DNA of 61,916 nucleotides, the filler included, from Dugesia japonica (lineage: Eukaryota): the NCBI GenBank assembly GCA_001938525.1. It is 6 parts of 6 records of this genome, joined end to end, with 100 filler letters (N's around TTAATTAATTAA, not from the genome) between each part and the next. Parts side by side here need not be neighbours in the genome. Positions count along the whole stretch, not along the records: positions 31,757 to 40,576 come from MQRL01607862.1; positions 40,677 to 49,864 come from MQRL01292558.1; 4 more parts are not named here. The stretch is one strand, 5' to 3'. How positions within the stretch are numbered: the first letter of the stretch is position 1; the number at the start of each line of letters is the position of its first letter. Positions 37,523 to 49,690 of the stretch are shown here, piece by piece. The notes below the pieces were generated by a model. It did not search any database, had not been told where the DNA came from, and saw only the letters and a program-made list of their open reading frames with translations. The position numbers and the translations under genes were made by a program.

Positions 37523-38286
37523 TAGGGTGCCGCATATATATTGTTACAGTATACTTTTGACAAAAAACTCTGAAATTATACTGTAAAAAACTATTTATTA
37601 AAGCTTTAAAATGTGAATAGCAAAAGATTATTCGATAGAATTGCCCTTATACTTGATGCCGAACTTCAATCTAGTTTTGAAGAACACCGACGGAAGATTT
37701 TCTACAGCTCGAACAGTCAGAATTGTGAGGGAACCCAACTCATTCCGAACAGCAGTCTAGCACCGTCTTGTTAAAAAAAACCCAGTCCTATACTTTAAAT
37801 GCGTTTGAACAAAGGGCTTCACTTTTTTCTCTTAAGTTAAATTCAGATAGGATTTAGAATTGAGTTTTGCTCTTCGAGGTACTTAAAAAGCGTCAGTTTT
37901 GCCATCCTCACCAATTTCTAGCCAAACTTTGATTTATTCGTTTGATTGTCGTTTTCCAACGATTTACTATTCTTAAATCTGATAATCGCATCATTCGGAG
38001 ACATCTCTTGATAGCCGATCCATCTCTCCTTGCCTTGTCATAAATGATATCTAAACATATTAATGCTTTCTCAAAAAATTAAAGAATATAATCTATTAAA
38101 TTTCATTAAATTAAAGTTTCGATCAAAATAGTATTTTAAATTTTTGACTTTGTCTTCGTCAGGAATTGACTTTTAATTAAATTTATAATTAATTAAAAAT
38201 GAATCAACAAAAATTTATTCTTTAAAATAAATTAAACAGCTAGTTTAAAAAAATGAAAAGCGTAACTTAATATCTAGGATACACCG
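37523..38286 (-). mobile_element. Tc1/mariner-family deletion derivative
   Basis: TA|TAGGGTG...CACCG|TA ends; minus-strand relics WVF.QDGA and C-terminal RL...IK.KG..IE*. Confidence 0.65.
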
Positions 38287-38439
38287 TACATTGATTTTAG
38301 GTTTATCTTCTTTAATTAGTAATTCTTCATTTTTGTTCATAGTGCCGAATGATACCAAATTTATTTAACTATTTTAACTATTGCACACTAACAACGTTTT
38401 AAAAATTTTACACAAACACATAATTAGTCAGTGAAAACT

Positions 38440-38512
38440 TTTCGGCAAATAAATCTCTTAGCTATTTTACCGTAGGGGAATGGATTGCTCAATGAACATC
38501 TATCTACTTACT
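38440..38512 (+). repeat. Polinton-type right-terminus fragment
   Basis: ...TAGGGG...CTATCTACTTACT, resembling the 18530-18569 tip. Confidence 0.45.
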
Positions 38513-40007
38513 GTGATGGGTGTCACACCTTTGTTAGAGGTCGATGGATGTTGACTAGGTTCGATTATAAAGTGTTCCGATTTCAATGACATTAATAATA
38601 TGGATGAAAAACAGTTATTTGGTCATATGATTGTTGATTGATAATTGGTATATTACTTTGAGGAGAATTTAAGTATAAGGAAAGTAAAAGAGAATGTAAT
38701 GATTGTATTGTAAAGCACAGACAATGTAAAGCCTTTGTTAAATAGTAATTCTAAAATGCATTCATCATTTAAAAATTTTCAATCCAATATTTTTGAATAA
38801 ATAGAAAATTCTATCTAATTTTGGTGAAAATATTTTAATATTTTCTTTTCATAATTTGTTAAGAAATGTTTTATTTTCAAATGATCTCAAAATTTAAAAG
38901 AAATGTTAATATTTAAAGAAAACAGGCATATTTAAATAAAAGTATTATTCATAATATTATTTTATAAAATTGAAAATACTCAGAGATTACCCATAATATT
39001 TGTTGTTGTAATTATCTTTAGGATAGAAGTTTTTTTTAATTTTTAATGATTAATTAAATATTAACTATAAATTGAAATTTAAAATTTCTATGATGTTTTC
39101 AAATTTTCAAATATTTCATTCAGAGATTTCTTCGCTGATTCATTCATGTTATTTAATGAATTATTACTTCCTCTCTTTCCTTACGATGATGTTGTAGTCA
39201 AAGGACTTTTGATTAGATTAGAAAGATTTAAATATTCAAATATATTATTGTGACCCCATTAATTATCAGTGAGATGATTTCAAAAGATCTTAGAAATTTA
39301 TATCATTGCTGTATTATAATAATTAATTTAATTTAATTATAATTTTATAATTATAATTTTATTCAATATTTATCCTAATATCAAATAAAAGTTTCTTATA
39401 TTTTTTAAAAATTGAATTTGTTCTACCTAAAGAATTTTTTACAAGAAGCAAATAATCTTACTGTGATTCTGAGTCAGAATAAGAATTTTATTTTGTATTT
39501 AATGATAAAGATTTTCTTTTTGATGACATTTCTATAATCTATATTTTTTATTTTCAACAAAATTTTTTTATGTTAATCGATAATAATTCAAAAAACCAAC
39601 GAAAGAGAATACTTTAAAATAAAGTAACATCTTTAACCATAATGCAAACGGAAAAATTGAAAGACTGTTTAGGACAATTCGAGATTTGAAAGACTTTAGA
39701 ATTGAAAGACGACAGATTGGAAAATCTACGAAGACAGTATGCGGTAAAAAGAGAAAATGGAAAGCGATTGGAGAGANNNNNNNNNNNNNNNNNNNNNNNN
39801 NNNNNNNNNNNNNNNNNNNNNNNNNNNNNNNNNNNNNNNNNNNNNAATATGAATTAAATTTGACGCCCTATCCGATTATTCACCAAAGACTTGTGTATTA
39901 TTCGCTTCAATTTTGTTCGGGCCCTGGAAAACACAAATTTATTCAATATTGAGATTTATTTATTATTTTAAAAATAAAAATTATTGATAATAATAATTAT
40001 TAATTAC

Positions 40008-40154
40008 CTTTTAGGTATCAATTCAGACATTTTCATGAAAAGTACATGAAAATAATGCACTTGTATAATTGTAACTATTAAAAGAATCACTGGAGTTAAA
40101 AGGCCTTCGAGTAGAGATGAAATATCAAATCTTTCGAATCCGAAATCTTTCAAG
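40008..40154 (-). CDS. piezo: Internal exon of a Piezo-family mechanosensitive channel (a possible next exon is 37126-37068)
   Basis: AG/GT-bounded 147-nt exon encoding LKDFGFERFDISSLLEGLLTPVILLIVTIIQVHYFHVLFMKMSEL, matching the Piezo L.D.GLE.F...LF..IL.P..FL..CILQLHYFH..F segment as recalled. Confidence 0.78.
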
Positions 40155-41186
40155 CTAAAATTATTCTGTATTTAATATAAAAGTTTTTAATTCCATTTTG
40201 ATAAAATTAATTTTTTTAATTACACGATTTGATATGCAACAACCATAATAAAATAAATACTATTCAATAATATAAATAAAAATAATTGCTGTGAAAGAAC
40301 AAATAATAAAAGATAAGTTTACTTTAAATATGTTCACTTTTACATGTTTACCTTTTATCTTAGGAACCAAGTATTTACGAGCACGAAATCTCAAAACTGA
40401 TAAATTATTTCAATTTATCAAGTTTGTCAATAAAATTCAAGATTAAATTTTTTAATGATAAAATATTAACAATCGACAACACATTTCTTATTCAACACCT
40501 TCTGTTATCTCCCAGATAAATTTAAGTTTTTTTCCGTGCAGAACTTATTGTTTTTATTTGTGAAGAACTGAGTCAANNNNNNNNNNNNNNNNNNNNNNNN
40601 NNNNNNNNNNNNNNNNNNNNTTAATTAATTAANNNNNNNNNNNNNNNNNNNNNNNNNNNNNNNNNNNNNNNNNNNNCTTGCAATATACCATCTTTTAATT
40701 CTGAATGTGAATATTTTTGTTTTTCCAATCCCAATGTTTTTGTCAAGACTATCAAATGTAACAGTTTTGATTTCATTTCTTAGCGACATTTGAAATAGAT
40801 TATTTGCTTTGAGATTAATCGTATGAAATATTTTAGAACCGTTTTATGTTAAATATTAACATAATTCTTCAATTTCTTCAATTTTAACTTTCTTGAGTAT
40901 ATTCCATTTTAAATTTTACATATTCTATTGAAGAATCTTCTTTATATGCTGTATACATAATTGGAAAATATCCGGGTTCCATTTGGTTAATCATATATGA
41001 GAATCCTTATCTATTTGCAATTACTTCATTTTCAAATATGGCAACATATGGATATTCGCATTTAATAGTTAAATAACCATTAATTGCTATATAGACATTA
41101 TTAGTTTCTTGACTTATACTCAAGGATTGTTTTTGGTGATCAATTATAGCAGTTATTTCACTTGTTATATTTCTTGTAGAATTGAA

Positions 41187-42293
41187 ATTTTTGTTTTGAT
41201 GAGTCATACTTTTTTCTGAAAAATTTTCTGTCAGAACAAAAACATCACACCCCCCTAACCTCCCCCACGGAAACACATTACTTTAAAAAAAAATTTTCTC
41301 AAGGTCATGTGACTTACCAATGTCTTTGGTAAACTTGCATTCCAACTGCAGGTCTTTTTTATATTATTATTTCTGTTCTAACACACACATGAAGCATAGT
41401 AACAAATTAAAGACGAACCAATGATAATATAATATGAATGATTATATATAATAATAATAAGCAAATTCTCATTTCATTTATTTCACGAATTAAAATAAAA
41501 ATGAATCCGGATCAATTTCAATGGAGGCATGCTGTCGTAGTAGAATTATATTTCCCTTCAATAATTGAAAAATTCATTTATTGGTCGCCGGAGATTTATT
41601 TGAATAAATTGAAGGAAAAAACAGACATTGATCTTGATGAAGTTATGTTACTACACGGATTGATTCAAGAGGAGAAGGATGAAAATATAAAAAATGATTT
41701 GAAAATAAAATTTATTTATTTATTTAGCAATGCAATTAAAAGAAACACTAAATTTTATGTAATAAATGTATTAGTTTAATCAATTTTTAGTAGTCAGAAA
41801 TTTATTTTACTTTTTTTAAAATAAATTAAATTAACAAAGAAAATGCAATAGATATGCAAATTTTAACAAAGTAACATAAAATAATAAGTTATACAAAAAA
41901 AATGCAATTTGATTGCAAAATAAACATAACCTGCAGTTTAACAAAGATGACCTGGCCTTGAGAAAAAAGTTTTCAAAATTTCAATTGGGGGGCACTATTT
42001 TAAAGTTATGTTTCCTTGAGGGGAGGGGTTAGGGGGAGGGGGTATGATGTCTTTGTTCTGACAGAAAATTTTCAAGAAAAGTATGAATCATCAGAAAACC
42101 AAAAAAAATTTTTAAAAAATTTTTAAAAAAATTTTAAAAAAAATTCACAAAATAAAATTTAAAATTTTTTTTAAAAAAGTGGGCGGGTTCGAAAAAATGC
42201 CGGTTCCCAAAAGTTGGCGAGGCTATGATTCATCGGTGGGTGGGGTAGGCCTCCTTCGAGGGGCCTGGTATTGTGCGTTCATATCTACCTACT
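41187..42293 (+). mobile_element. Small Polinton-terminus-related element: inverted repeats flanking one ORF, ending in ...ATATCTACCTACT
   Basis: Imperfect inverted repeats ~41187-41310 and ~41950-42118; ORF 41501-41779; GC-rich tip. Confidence 0.6.
41501..41779 (+). CDS. Hypothetical 92-aa protein (MNPDQFQWR...)
   Basis: Intact ORF with an AAAATG start, centred between the inverted repeats. Confidence 0.45.
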   Translation: MNPDQFQWRHAVVVELYFPSIIEKFIYWSPEIYLNKLKEKTDIDLDEVMLLHGLIQEEKDENIKNDLKIKFIYLFSNAIKRNTKFYVINVLV

Positions 42294-42309
42294 AATAATC
42301 ATTTTAATA

Positions 42310-43594
42310 ATAATAATAATTACTAATAATCATTTAAAATCTACCTAGAATCTTTTCATTCTCCAAATCAGTAATTCCATAAGTAAAAGGTACTGTATTA
42401 TAAACTCGAGTGACTACAAATATTTCATTTGTCCATTTAGCTGTAAAAAATTTTCAAATTTATATTTATATTTAAAGATTCTAACTCTATCTCCAATTTT
42501 TAACTTTTGTTTCTCTTTTATAAAATCATTTTCACAATTATGTTTATTTATTTTTTCTTTTCTTTTATCCGGATTTTCATTAGCTTCTTTTGGAGTTGTT
42601 TTTAAAGAACTATGAATTGTATTATTATAATCATTTACAATTTTATCCAACAAATTTTTATCCCATTTTTGATTTCCAACTGATGTAAAATAATTTATTT
42701 TTAAATGTTTTATTAAATCTTTCTATAAAAACTGCTTTACCTTTGTTTTTAGTTGAATATAAATTAATATTATTTTCTTTACAAAAAAATTTGAATATTT
42801 TATTATAAAATTCACTTTTTTTGTCGACCCATAAATTATTTGGAATTCTATTATTTTCTTTAATTATATTTTCAAATGCATTTGTTATTGCTTGTCCTGT
42901 TTTATTACTACATATAAATCGATAACTATTAGTATTATTTTCTTATTGCGAAAATTTAAATCTGCAGACCAAGTCTCATCAATTTCATTAATTATTACTT
43001 TTAAATATTTTTTTAGTTTTCTATAATCTTTATGAAGTTTATTTGATAATATTTCTTTATTTTTTAAATTTAAATTTTTAATATTATTAGTGGGGAAAGT
43101 CTTTGCTTCGCTCTGACTTACGTCTCCAACTAAAATAGTTTTACTTTTCATTGCTAATTTCACCAAAACCCTTTGTATTTTTTCAGAAGTAGTTGGATTT
43201 TCAATTTTGTTTAAATCATGAATTAAATTTACATCAGCTAAATGTCTATCTCTTAAATCTTCTGATTTATAAGACAAATCATGTTTTAAAGCTGCTTCAT
43301 TTACTTTAATAATTGGCTCTTCTCCAAGTTTCGGATCATTATTTTCATCTAATCTTAAATCTAATATTGTTCCAGAACCTGTATAATTATGTTTAAACAA
43401 ATGTCTTTCTCCTGCATACTTTTTACAAGTAAATGGTTTTAAAATTGTCGAAGTTAATTTAGAAGAATGAAAATCACCACCTTCTGTTTGAGCTTTTTTT
43501 AAACAAATTTGTAAATGTCTTGGTTTATTTTTTTAAGTCATATTTTGTTACAATTTTCACAAACACTTTTATTATTCTGAAAGTTTATATCCAT
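42310..43594 (-). pseudogene. Zinc finger + parvovirus-type PLA2 + retroviral-like (c-)integrase fusion
   Basis: HNYTGSGT..D.RL, AALKHDLSY, RHLAD in frame with LHK..RK...V...IDETWSADL. Further on LWVDKKSEFYN, IERFNKT, YNNTIHSSLK.TP and KIGDRVRI. Frameshifts present. Confidence 0.88.
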
Positions 43595-43961
43595 TTTATA
43601 TATTTTAAACTTACGACTACACATTCACAATTTGCTTTTAAAATCTAATCCTCGTTTTAATTACATTTCTATATGTTTTTCTTATATACACCAATATATT
43701 TCCTGGAAAATCAGTATCTTTAGTTATATGTAAAGTTACATCTACATTACAAATACCGTTTTTATCATCCTAAGAACTAACATCAAAACAAAAGAATGAA
43801 TATAAATTACGAAAATATTCTAATGTAAATTGATGTTCACAAAAGAAAGTTTTACAACAATTTATAAAACTTAAATATGGGAAAGCCATTTTATTATCTT
43901 TAATATCAAATTTACATTCGTTTATAGGATAATACGTATTGTTAAATTCTAATTAATTAAA

Positions 43962-46900
43962 ATGAGAATTAATCTAGTTTGCAAATATTTATCGCCAAAT
44001 GAAACAATTATAGATTATGTGATTTCTCATCAGGCTAAAATAGTCGTTTCAGTAAATGATATTGAAAATAACTTAATTGAAATATATATTCAATTTAGAA
44101 CTCAAATGGATGATTTTCAAGCAAGAAGAAGTGGATTAAATATTATTAGTTTAATTCAAATTTCTTTAACAATTTGTGAGAACAGAACTTCTTTTGCCAG
44201 TTCATATATTAAATTACAATTTAATGAAACTAATTTATTAAATATTGAAAATAATGTTGATTATTGTTTTATTTGGTCAATTTTAGCTTCATTAAATCCA
44301 AATGAAATTAATCCTATAAAACCTGAATTTTATTATAAATATTCTAATGAAATAAATTTAAATAATAATTTAACATTTCCTTTATCTTTAAAAGACATTA
44401 AAAAGTTTTGTTCATTAAATTCTTCTTTTAAAATAAATGTTTTTGAAATTGATAAACATAAAACTCTAAAACCAATTCATGTTGAACATCGATATTGGAA
44501 ACCAATTACAATTGATGAAATTCATTATACAAATTTATTTTTCTATTCAAATAATGATTCNNNNNNNNNNNNNNNNNNNNNNNNNNNNNNNNNNNNNNNN
44601 NNNNNNNNNNNNNNNNNNNNNNNNNNNNNNNNNNNNNNNNNNNNNTGTTTAAATTGTTTATGTTCTTTTAGATCAATGGAAACATTAAATAAACATTATG
44701 TTTTGGATTGTAGAGGAAATAATCCTGCTGAAAATACATTCCCAACTAAAAAATATTTTGAATATGATAAATTTCATTATAAAAATAAAGTTCCATTGAG
44801 AATTTATGTCCATTTTGAAGCATTTAATAAAATTAACCAAAATTCTACAAGTAATAAATTATTTAAACAAGAAGAAATGTCTTTCGGCATGCAAATAGTT
44901 TCTGATTACCCAGAATTAATAGAATCAAGATATTTTGAATTATTTGGAGAAACAGCAGTAATAGAATTCGTAAAATTGTTTGAAGAACTAGAATTTAATT
45001 TTAAAAATTTATTAGGAACATATTATCCAATAGAAATGACCGAAGAAGATAAAATTCATTTCCAAAATGCAACAAGATGTTTTTATTGCGAAAAAGAATT
45101 CAATTTTACTAGAAGAAGATTTATTCATAATAATAAACAATATTTCAATCATAAAGTAAGAGATCATGATCATTTAAAGGGAAAATATAGAGGTGCAGTA
45201 CATAATCAATGTAATTTAAAATCTAAACAAGTTAATTTTGTTCCATTATACTTTTATAACGGTTCAAAATATGATATTCATTTAATATTTAAAGATTTAT
45301 TTAAATCTGATTATATTAAATCCTGTAAAATAAAACCGTTAACTAAAACTGATGAAGAATATATTTCATTACAAATTGATTCAATTAGAATTTTAGATGT
45401 ATTTAGATTTTGTACGCCATATAGTTTAGAAGTTATGGGTTCAACATTAAAAATTGAAGATTGTAAATTTTTATCAGCTAATAATTTAAGAAACATGAAA
45501 GGAATTTATCCATATGAATATATTAAAAATAATTCTAGTTTTAATGATATAATAAATATAATGAATGAAACTCAATTACCTTCAAATGATAATTTTTATT
45601 CAAAATTAAAACAATCGAATATTTCTGATGATGATTATCAAAAAGCACAAGAAAATTAGAATGAACTAAATTGTATGAATATGTATGATTATACAATGAA
45701 ATATTTAAAAATTGAGGTTTTAATTCTAACAGATCTATTTGAGAAATTTTAAAAAGAATGTTATGAAAAATATGGAATTGATCCCGCTTATTGTTATTCA
45801 ACACCCGGTTTAACTTGGTTAGCTGGTTTAAAATATACAAAAGTAAAATTAATTTATTATAAAGAAGTAACGTATGATAAATTATTATTTTTCGAAAAAG
45901 GTGTAAGAGGCGGAATTTCTTCCGTTTTAGGTAGTAGAAAAGTGATTTGTAATAATAGACGTACAAATGAAGATTATAAAAATATTTTATCTAGAAATAA
46001 TAATACTAGAGAAGAACTAAATAATTATAAAGAAAATTATTTATTATATTATGATGCGAATAGTTTATATACATCAGCAATGATTCAAGAATTACCAACT
46101 GGAAAAATGATTTGGGATAATAATTTAATTTATCAATGAACTCAGTTAAATCTTTATAATCCTCAAAATAATTTAACTTGTTATTTAAATCGGTTTTGTT
46201 TACGAAGTAGATTTAGAATATCTAAATGAAATTAAAGATAAAACAAAATATTATCCTTTTCTTCCTGAGAAATGTAAACCGAATGAAAATGAATTCAGTG
46301 AATATCAAAATAACTTTAAACCGCGTAATTATAAGCCAAATGAAAAATTAATAGTAAATCAAAATAATAAATTCAATTATGTTATCGAAGGAAGAATGTT
46401 AGATTAGTATATTGATCATGGTATTAAAATAAATAAAATTTATAGAAAATTAATTTATTATAAATCCAATTGGTTAAAGCGATATATTGATTTTAATATT
46501 GAACAAAGAAATATTGGTTAAAAAAATCGTGATAAGTTTGGTGATACTTTCTATAAATTAATGAATAATGCATTTTATGGGAAAACTTTAGAAAATGTAC
46601 GAAATAGACAAAATATTGAAATAGTTTATGATTATATAACTTATAAAAGACATGTTTCTAAACCTAACTTTAAATCAGAAAAAATTTTCAGTAAAGATGT
46701 TGTTGCTGTACATTTACTAAGAAATAAAGTTTTACATGATAAATTTAATTTTATTGGATTAACAATATTAGAATTATCAAAATTAATAATGTATCAATTT
46801 GTTTATGATTGTATTGCACAAAGAATAAGTAATTGGAAAGTTCATTATACTGATTGCGATTCAATGTTTTTAGAAATAAATGTTCCAATTAATTCTACAA

Positions 46901-47280
46901 TAGAAGAAGAAGTTAATAAATTTAANNNNNNNNNNNNNNNNNNNNNNNNNNNNNNNNNNNNNNNNNNNNNNNNNNNNNNNNNNNNNNNNNNNNNNGCAAT
47001 ATTCTTAAAATCTAAATGTTATTCTTATGAAACAGATAAATCAAGACAAATAATAAAATTAAAAGGAATATCTCAAGCTTCTCAAAAATTAATGAATATT
47101 AAAGATTATGAAGATTGTTTAGATAATAGTATAACTATTTTTTCAAATAATTATAGATTAATGTCTAAAAATCATGATATATATTTAATTGAAGAGAAAA
47201 AAATTGCTTTAGATCCATTTGATGATAAAAAGAATTATTTTAAATGATGGAATTACAACATTTCCATTTGGTTATAGTAA
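43962..47280 (+). pseudogene. Third pPolB (element C) with EndoVII-like insertion
   Basis: NIENNVDYCFIWS, CFYC...VRDHDHLKGKYRGAVHNQCN, KGIYPYEY, YYDANSLY..AM..ELPTG, KLMNNAFYGKTLENVRNR, YTDCDS, LDPFDDK; several stops and frameshifts. Confidence 0.95.
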
Positions 47281-47325
47281 TTTAAATTAATAATAAAAAA
47301 TATTTTTATTTTTATAATATTATCA

Positions 47326-47499
47326 ATGGATGAATCCTATTGTACGGAATGTGATAAAATTACTAAAAATCATAATACAAGTGAAGTTGTTGGACTTGGA
47401 AATATAGAAACGCACTATTATTATGTAAAATGTAATATTTGTGAATTTATTAAAGATGAATTTAGTAAAAGAAAATATATAACTCCTGGGTTTAGATAA
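47326..47499 (+). CDS. 57-aa zinc-ribbon protein (YCTEC...KCNICEFIK)
   Basis: Intact small ORF directly after pPolB with two CxxC pairs; below the ORF-track length cutoff. Confidence 0.6.
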   Translation: MDESYCTECDKITKNHNTSEVVGLGNIETHYYYVKCNICEFIKDEFSKRKYITPGFR

Positions 47500-47616
47500 A
47501 ATTTTAAAATTAATTTAAATTAATAAAATTTTAAATAAGCATTCTATAAATAGAAAAAGTACGGCGTGCCAAACAATTCTATAAATAGAATACTTATAAA
47601 TATAATAATTTTAAAA

Positions 47617-48171
47617 ATGAGTAAAGTATCATTCAATGAAATATATAATAAAATATTTCATATTTATTTATTTAAAACAAGTAAAGAAGAATTAAATAAA
47701 ATGAATATTAAAGAATTATTGGATTTTTATAATAAAGAATATTTTAATGAGAATAACTATTCAATTAGATCTACTATATATCATAGATATATAATATTCT
47801 TGAAATCATCTATAATATTATTAAAAACATTGTATTATTCACCTGATAAGAATAGTTTGATAAAATACTTAGAGAGAACTAGAAGTAAAGAAATGAATAT
47901 TGATGATTTAATTAAAAACGTTATATTTAATAACAATGAATTAAATATTTTAAGTAATTCTAATAATTATAATTTTAATTTGAATAAGAATAGAAATTAT
48001 TTAGATTTAAATGAAAATAAAGTTATAGAGAAGAAACCAATTCCTTTTTCAGAAAATAGACCAAATGTAAGAAATTTTACAAATAAAGAGAATAATATAA
48101 AAAAAGAGATAGATGATAATGAGTTAGATAATATTATTAATAAATTTAAAATAAAATCAGATGTTAGCTAA
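47617..48171 (+). CDS. Polinton hypothetical protein (Asn/Lys-rich)
   Basis: Open frame from AAAATG (MSKVSF...); tightly packed with its neighbours. Confidence 0.5.
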   Translation: MSKVSFNEIYNKIFHIYLFKTSKEELNKMNIKELLDFYNKEYFNENNYSIRSTIYHRYIIFLKSSIILLKTLYYSPDKNSLIKYLERTRSKEMNIDDLIKNVIFNNNELNILSNSNNYNFNLNKNRNYLDLNENKVIEKKPIPFSENRPNVRNFTNKENNIKKEIDDNELDNIINKFKIKSDVS

Positions 48172-48355
48172 ACCAGATGTTTTAATTGGTGCGAATGAAG
48201 AAATAGTAAGATTAAATGTTTTAATTTCTACTACAAAATACATTTCTAAAATTTTATTTATTTTCTGCTTAATCTTTTTAGTAATTATTATTACTATGAT
48301 AATTTATTTAATTTTTATAATCAACAAGTTAATTAATAGGCAATCAACTAATTAA
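48161..48355 (+). CDS. Small single-pass membrane protein
   Basis: Overlapping start/stop with the upstream ORF; long hydrophobic stretch, which could partly reflect AT bias. Confidence 0.4.
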   Translation: MLAKPDVLIGANEEIVRLNVLISTTKYISKILFIFCLIFLVIIITMIIYLIFIINKLINRQSTN

Positions 48356-48356
48356 T

Positions 48357-48713
48357 TTAATTTAATTGTTTTGATTTATTAATTGTCATAGAAAGACGAT
48401 TTAAAATTCTTTTATTCTTTTCTTGATCTGAATCATTTAAAGATTTGAACTGAATAGCGCTTTTAATTTCTTCTGGATTAAATTCACCAATAGTTTTTAA
48501 TTTATTAGTCAAAATAGAATTTTCAATATCTAAATCACTAATTGTGTCACCAGCAATTTTCATAGCCGATTCAATTTGACGATATTTCACTAAAAGCTCA
48601 GTTGAGAGTTCCGCTTTATTAATAATAGAAAGTTGATTAATTTTCATTAAATCCTTTTTAATAATATTCTTAAATTCATTTGTATTTCCAGTGTATTCAA
48701 TAATTTCATCCAT
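48357..48713 (-). CDS. Hypothetical coiled-coil protein, 118 aa
   Basis: Intact ORF convergent with the previous one. Confidence 0.5.
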   Translation of the reverse strand: MDEIIEYTGNTNEFKNIIKKDLMKINQLSIINKAELSTELLVKYRQIESAMKIAGDTISDLDIENSILTNKLKTIGEFNPEEIKSAIQFKSLNDSDQEKNKRILNRLSMTINKSKQLN

Positions 48714-49231
48714 TTTTTAAAATAAGAAGAAATGATTGAATATACTGGAATAAGAAGGAATAAGAGAATAAATTGATTTTTTTTACTAGATGGTGAAGTT
48801 TGTAAACTTTAGGCCTTTAAAAATTATTTATAACTTTTTATAAATTCATACTTTTAAAAATTTACTAACTGAAAAAAGTATTTATTTACCCCCCTACAAT
48901 TTAAAATAAAAAAATATTTTTTAATTTTTACTACTTAGTGAAGTTTGTAAACTTTTGACTTTTTAAAAATTATTCTTAACTTTTTATAAATTTATACTTT
49001 TCTATAATATTCTTAACTTTTTAAAAAAATTCGTACTTTTAAAAAATTCATTACTTTTCAAGATAAATGAAGAAACAGAAGAAACAGAAGAAAAAGGCGT
49101 GAATAAACGAGGAGTTTTCTTGGATGTAGTGTTTTTCTTATAAAGCTAATAAAGATTAAGAAGATTATGAAATACCTGAATTATATGAAGTATTTGAATT
49201 ATATGAAGTAAATAAAGTATATGAAGTTTAA

Positions 49232-49690
49232 TTATAATATTAAATCATCAAATTTTATTAAGTTTTTCTTTTCCTTAGAAAGTTTATCACAAGAAATTAT
49301 TTCATTAGGTTTATTACTTAATGTTACATTTATAGATCTTGGTTTTTTAACTAATTTTTTATCTAGATAATATTGAATTACCTGATTAGGAGTATTATAA
49401 GTATTTGGTACTATATTTTGTTTTTCAAACATTAAAATAATGTCTTCTTTAGTTAATCCATTTTCAAATCCAAGATAAAGTAATTGTATTTCAAATTGAC
49501 TTATTGTTGTGGAATAAATAATTAAAACATTGTAATCTATAAATTCAGGTGTTAATAACATTTTCATTAATAAAACATTTTTACCACAACCTGATGAACC
49601 AATCATTAAAAGTCTAAAATTATTAGGTAACACTTTATTATTAAAATGTGTTAAATTTTTATTCCATAAATAAATAGTATTCGTTTCCAA
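49232..49690 (-). pseudogene. Packaging ATPase, truncated just after Walker B
   Basis: FRLLMIGSSGCGK (Walker A), KNLIKFDD then stop; the start codon reads TTG. Confidence 0.88.
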
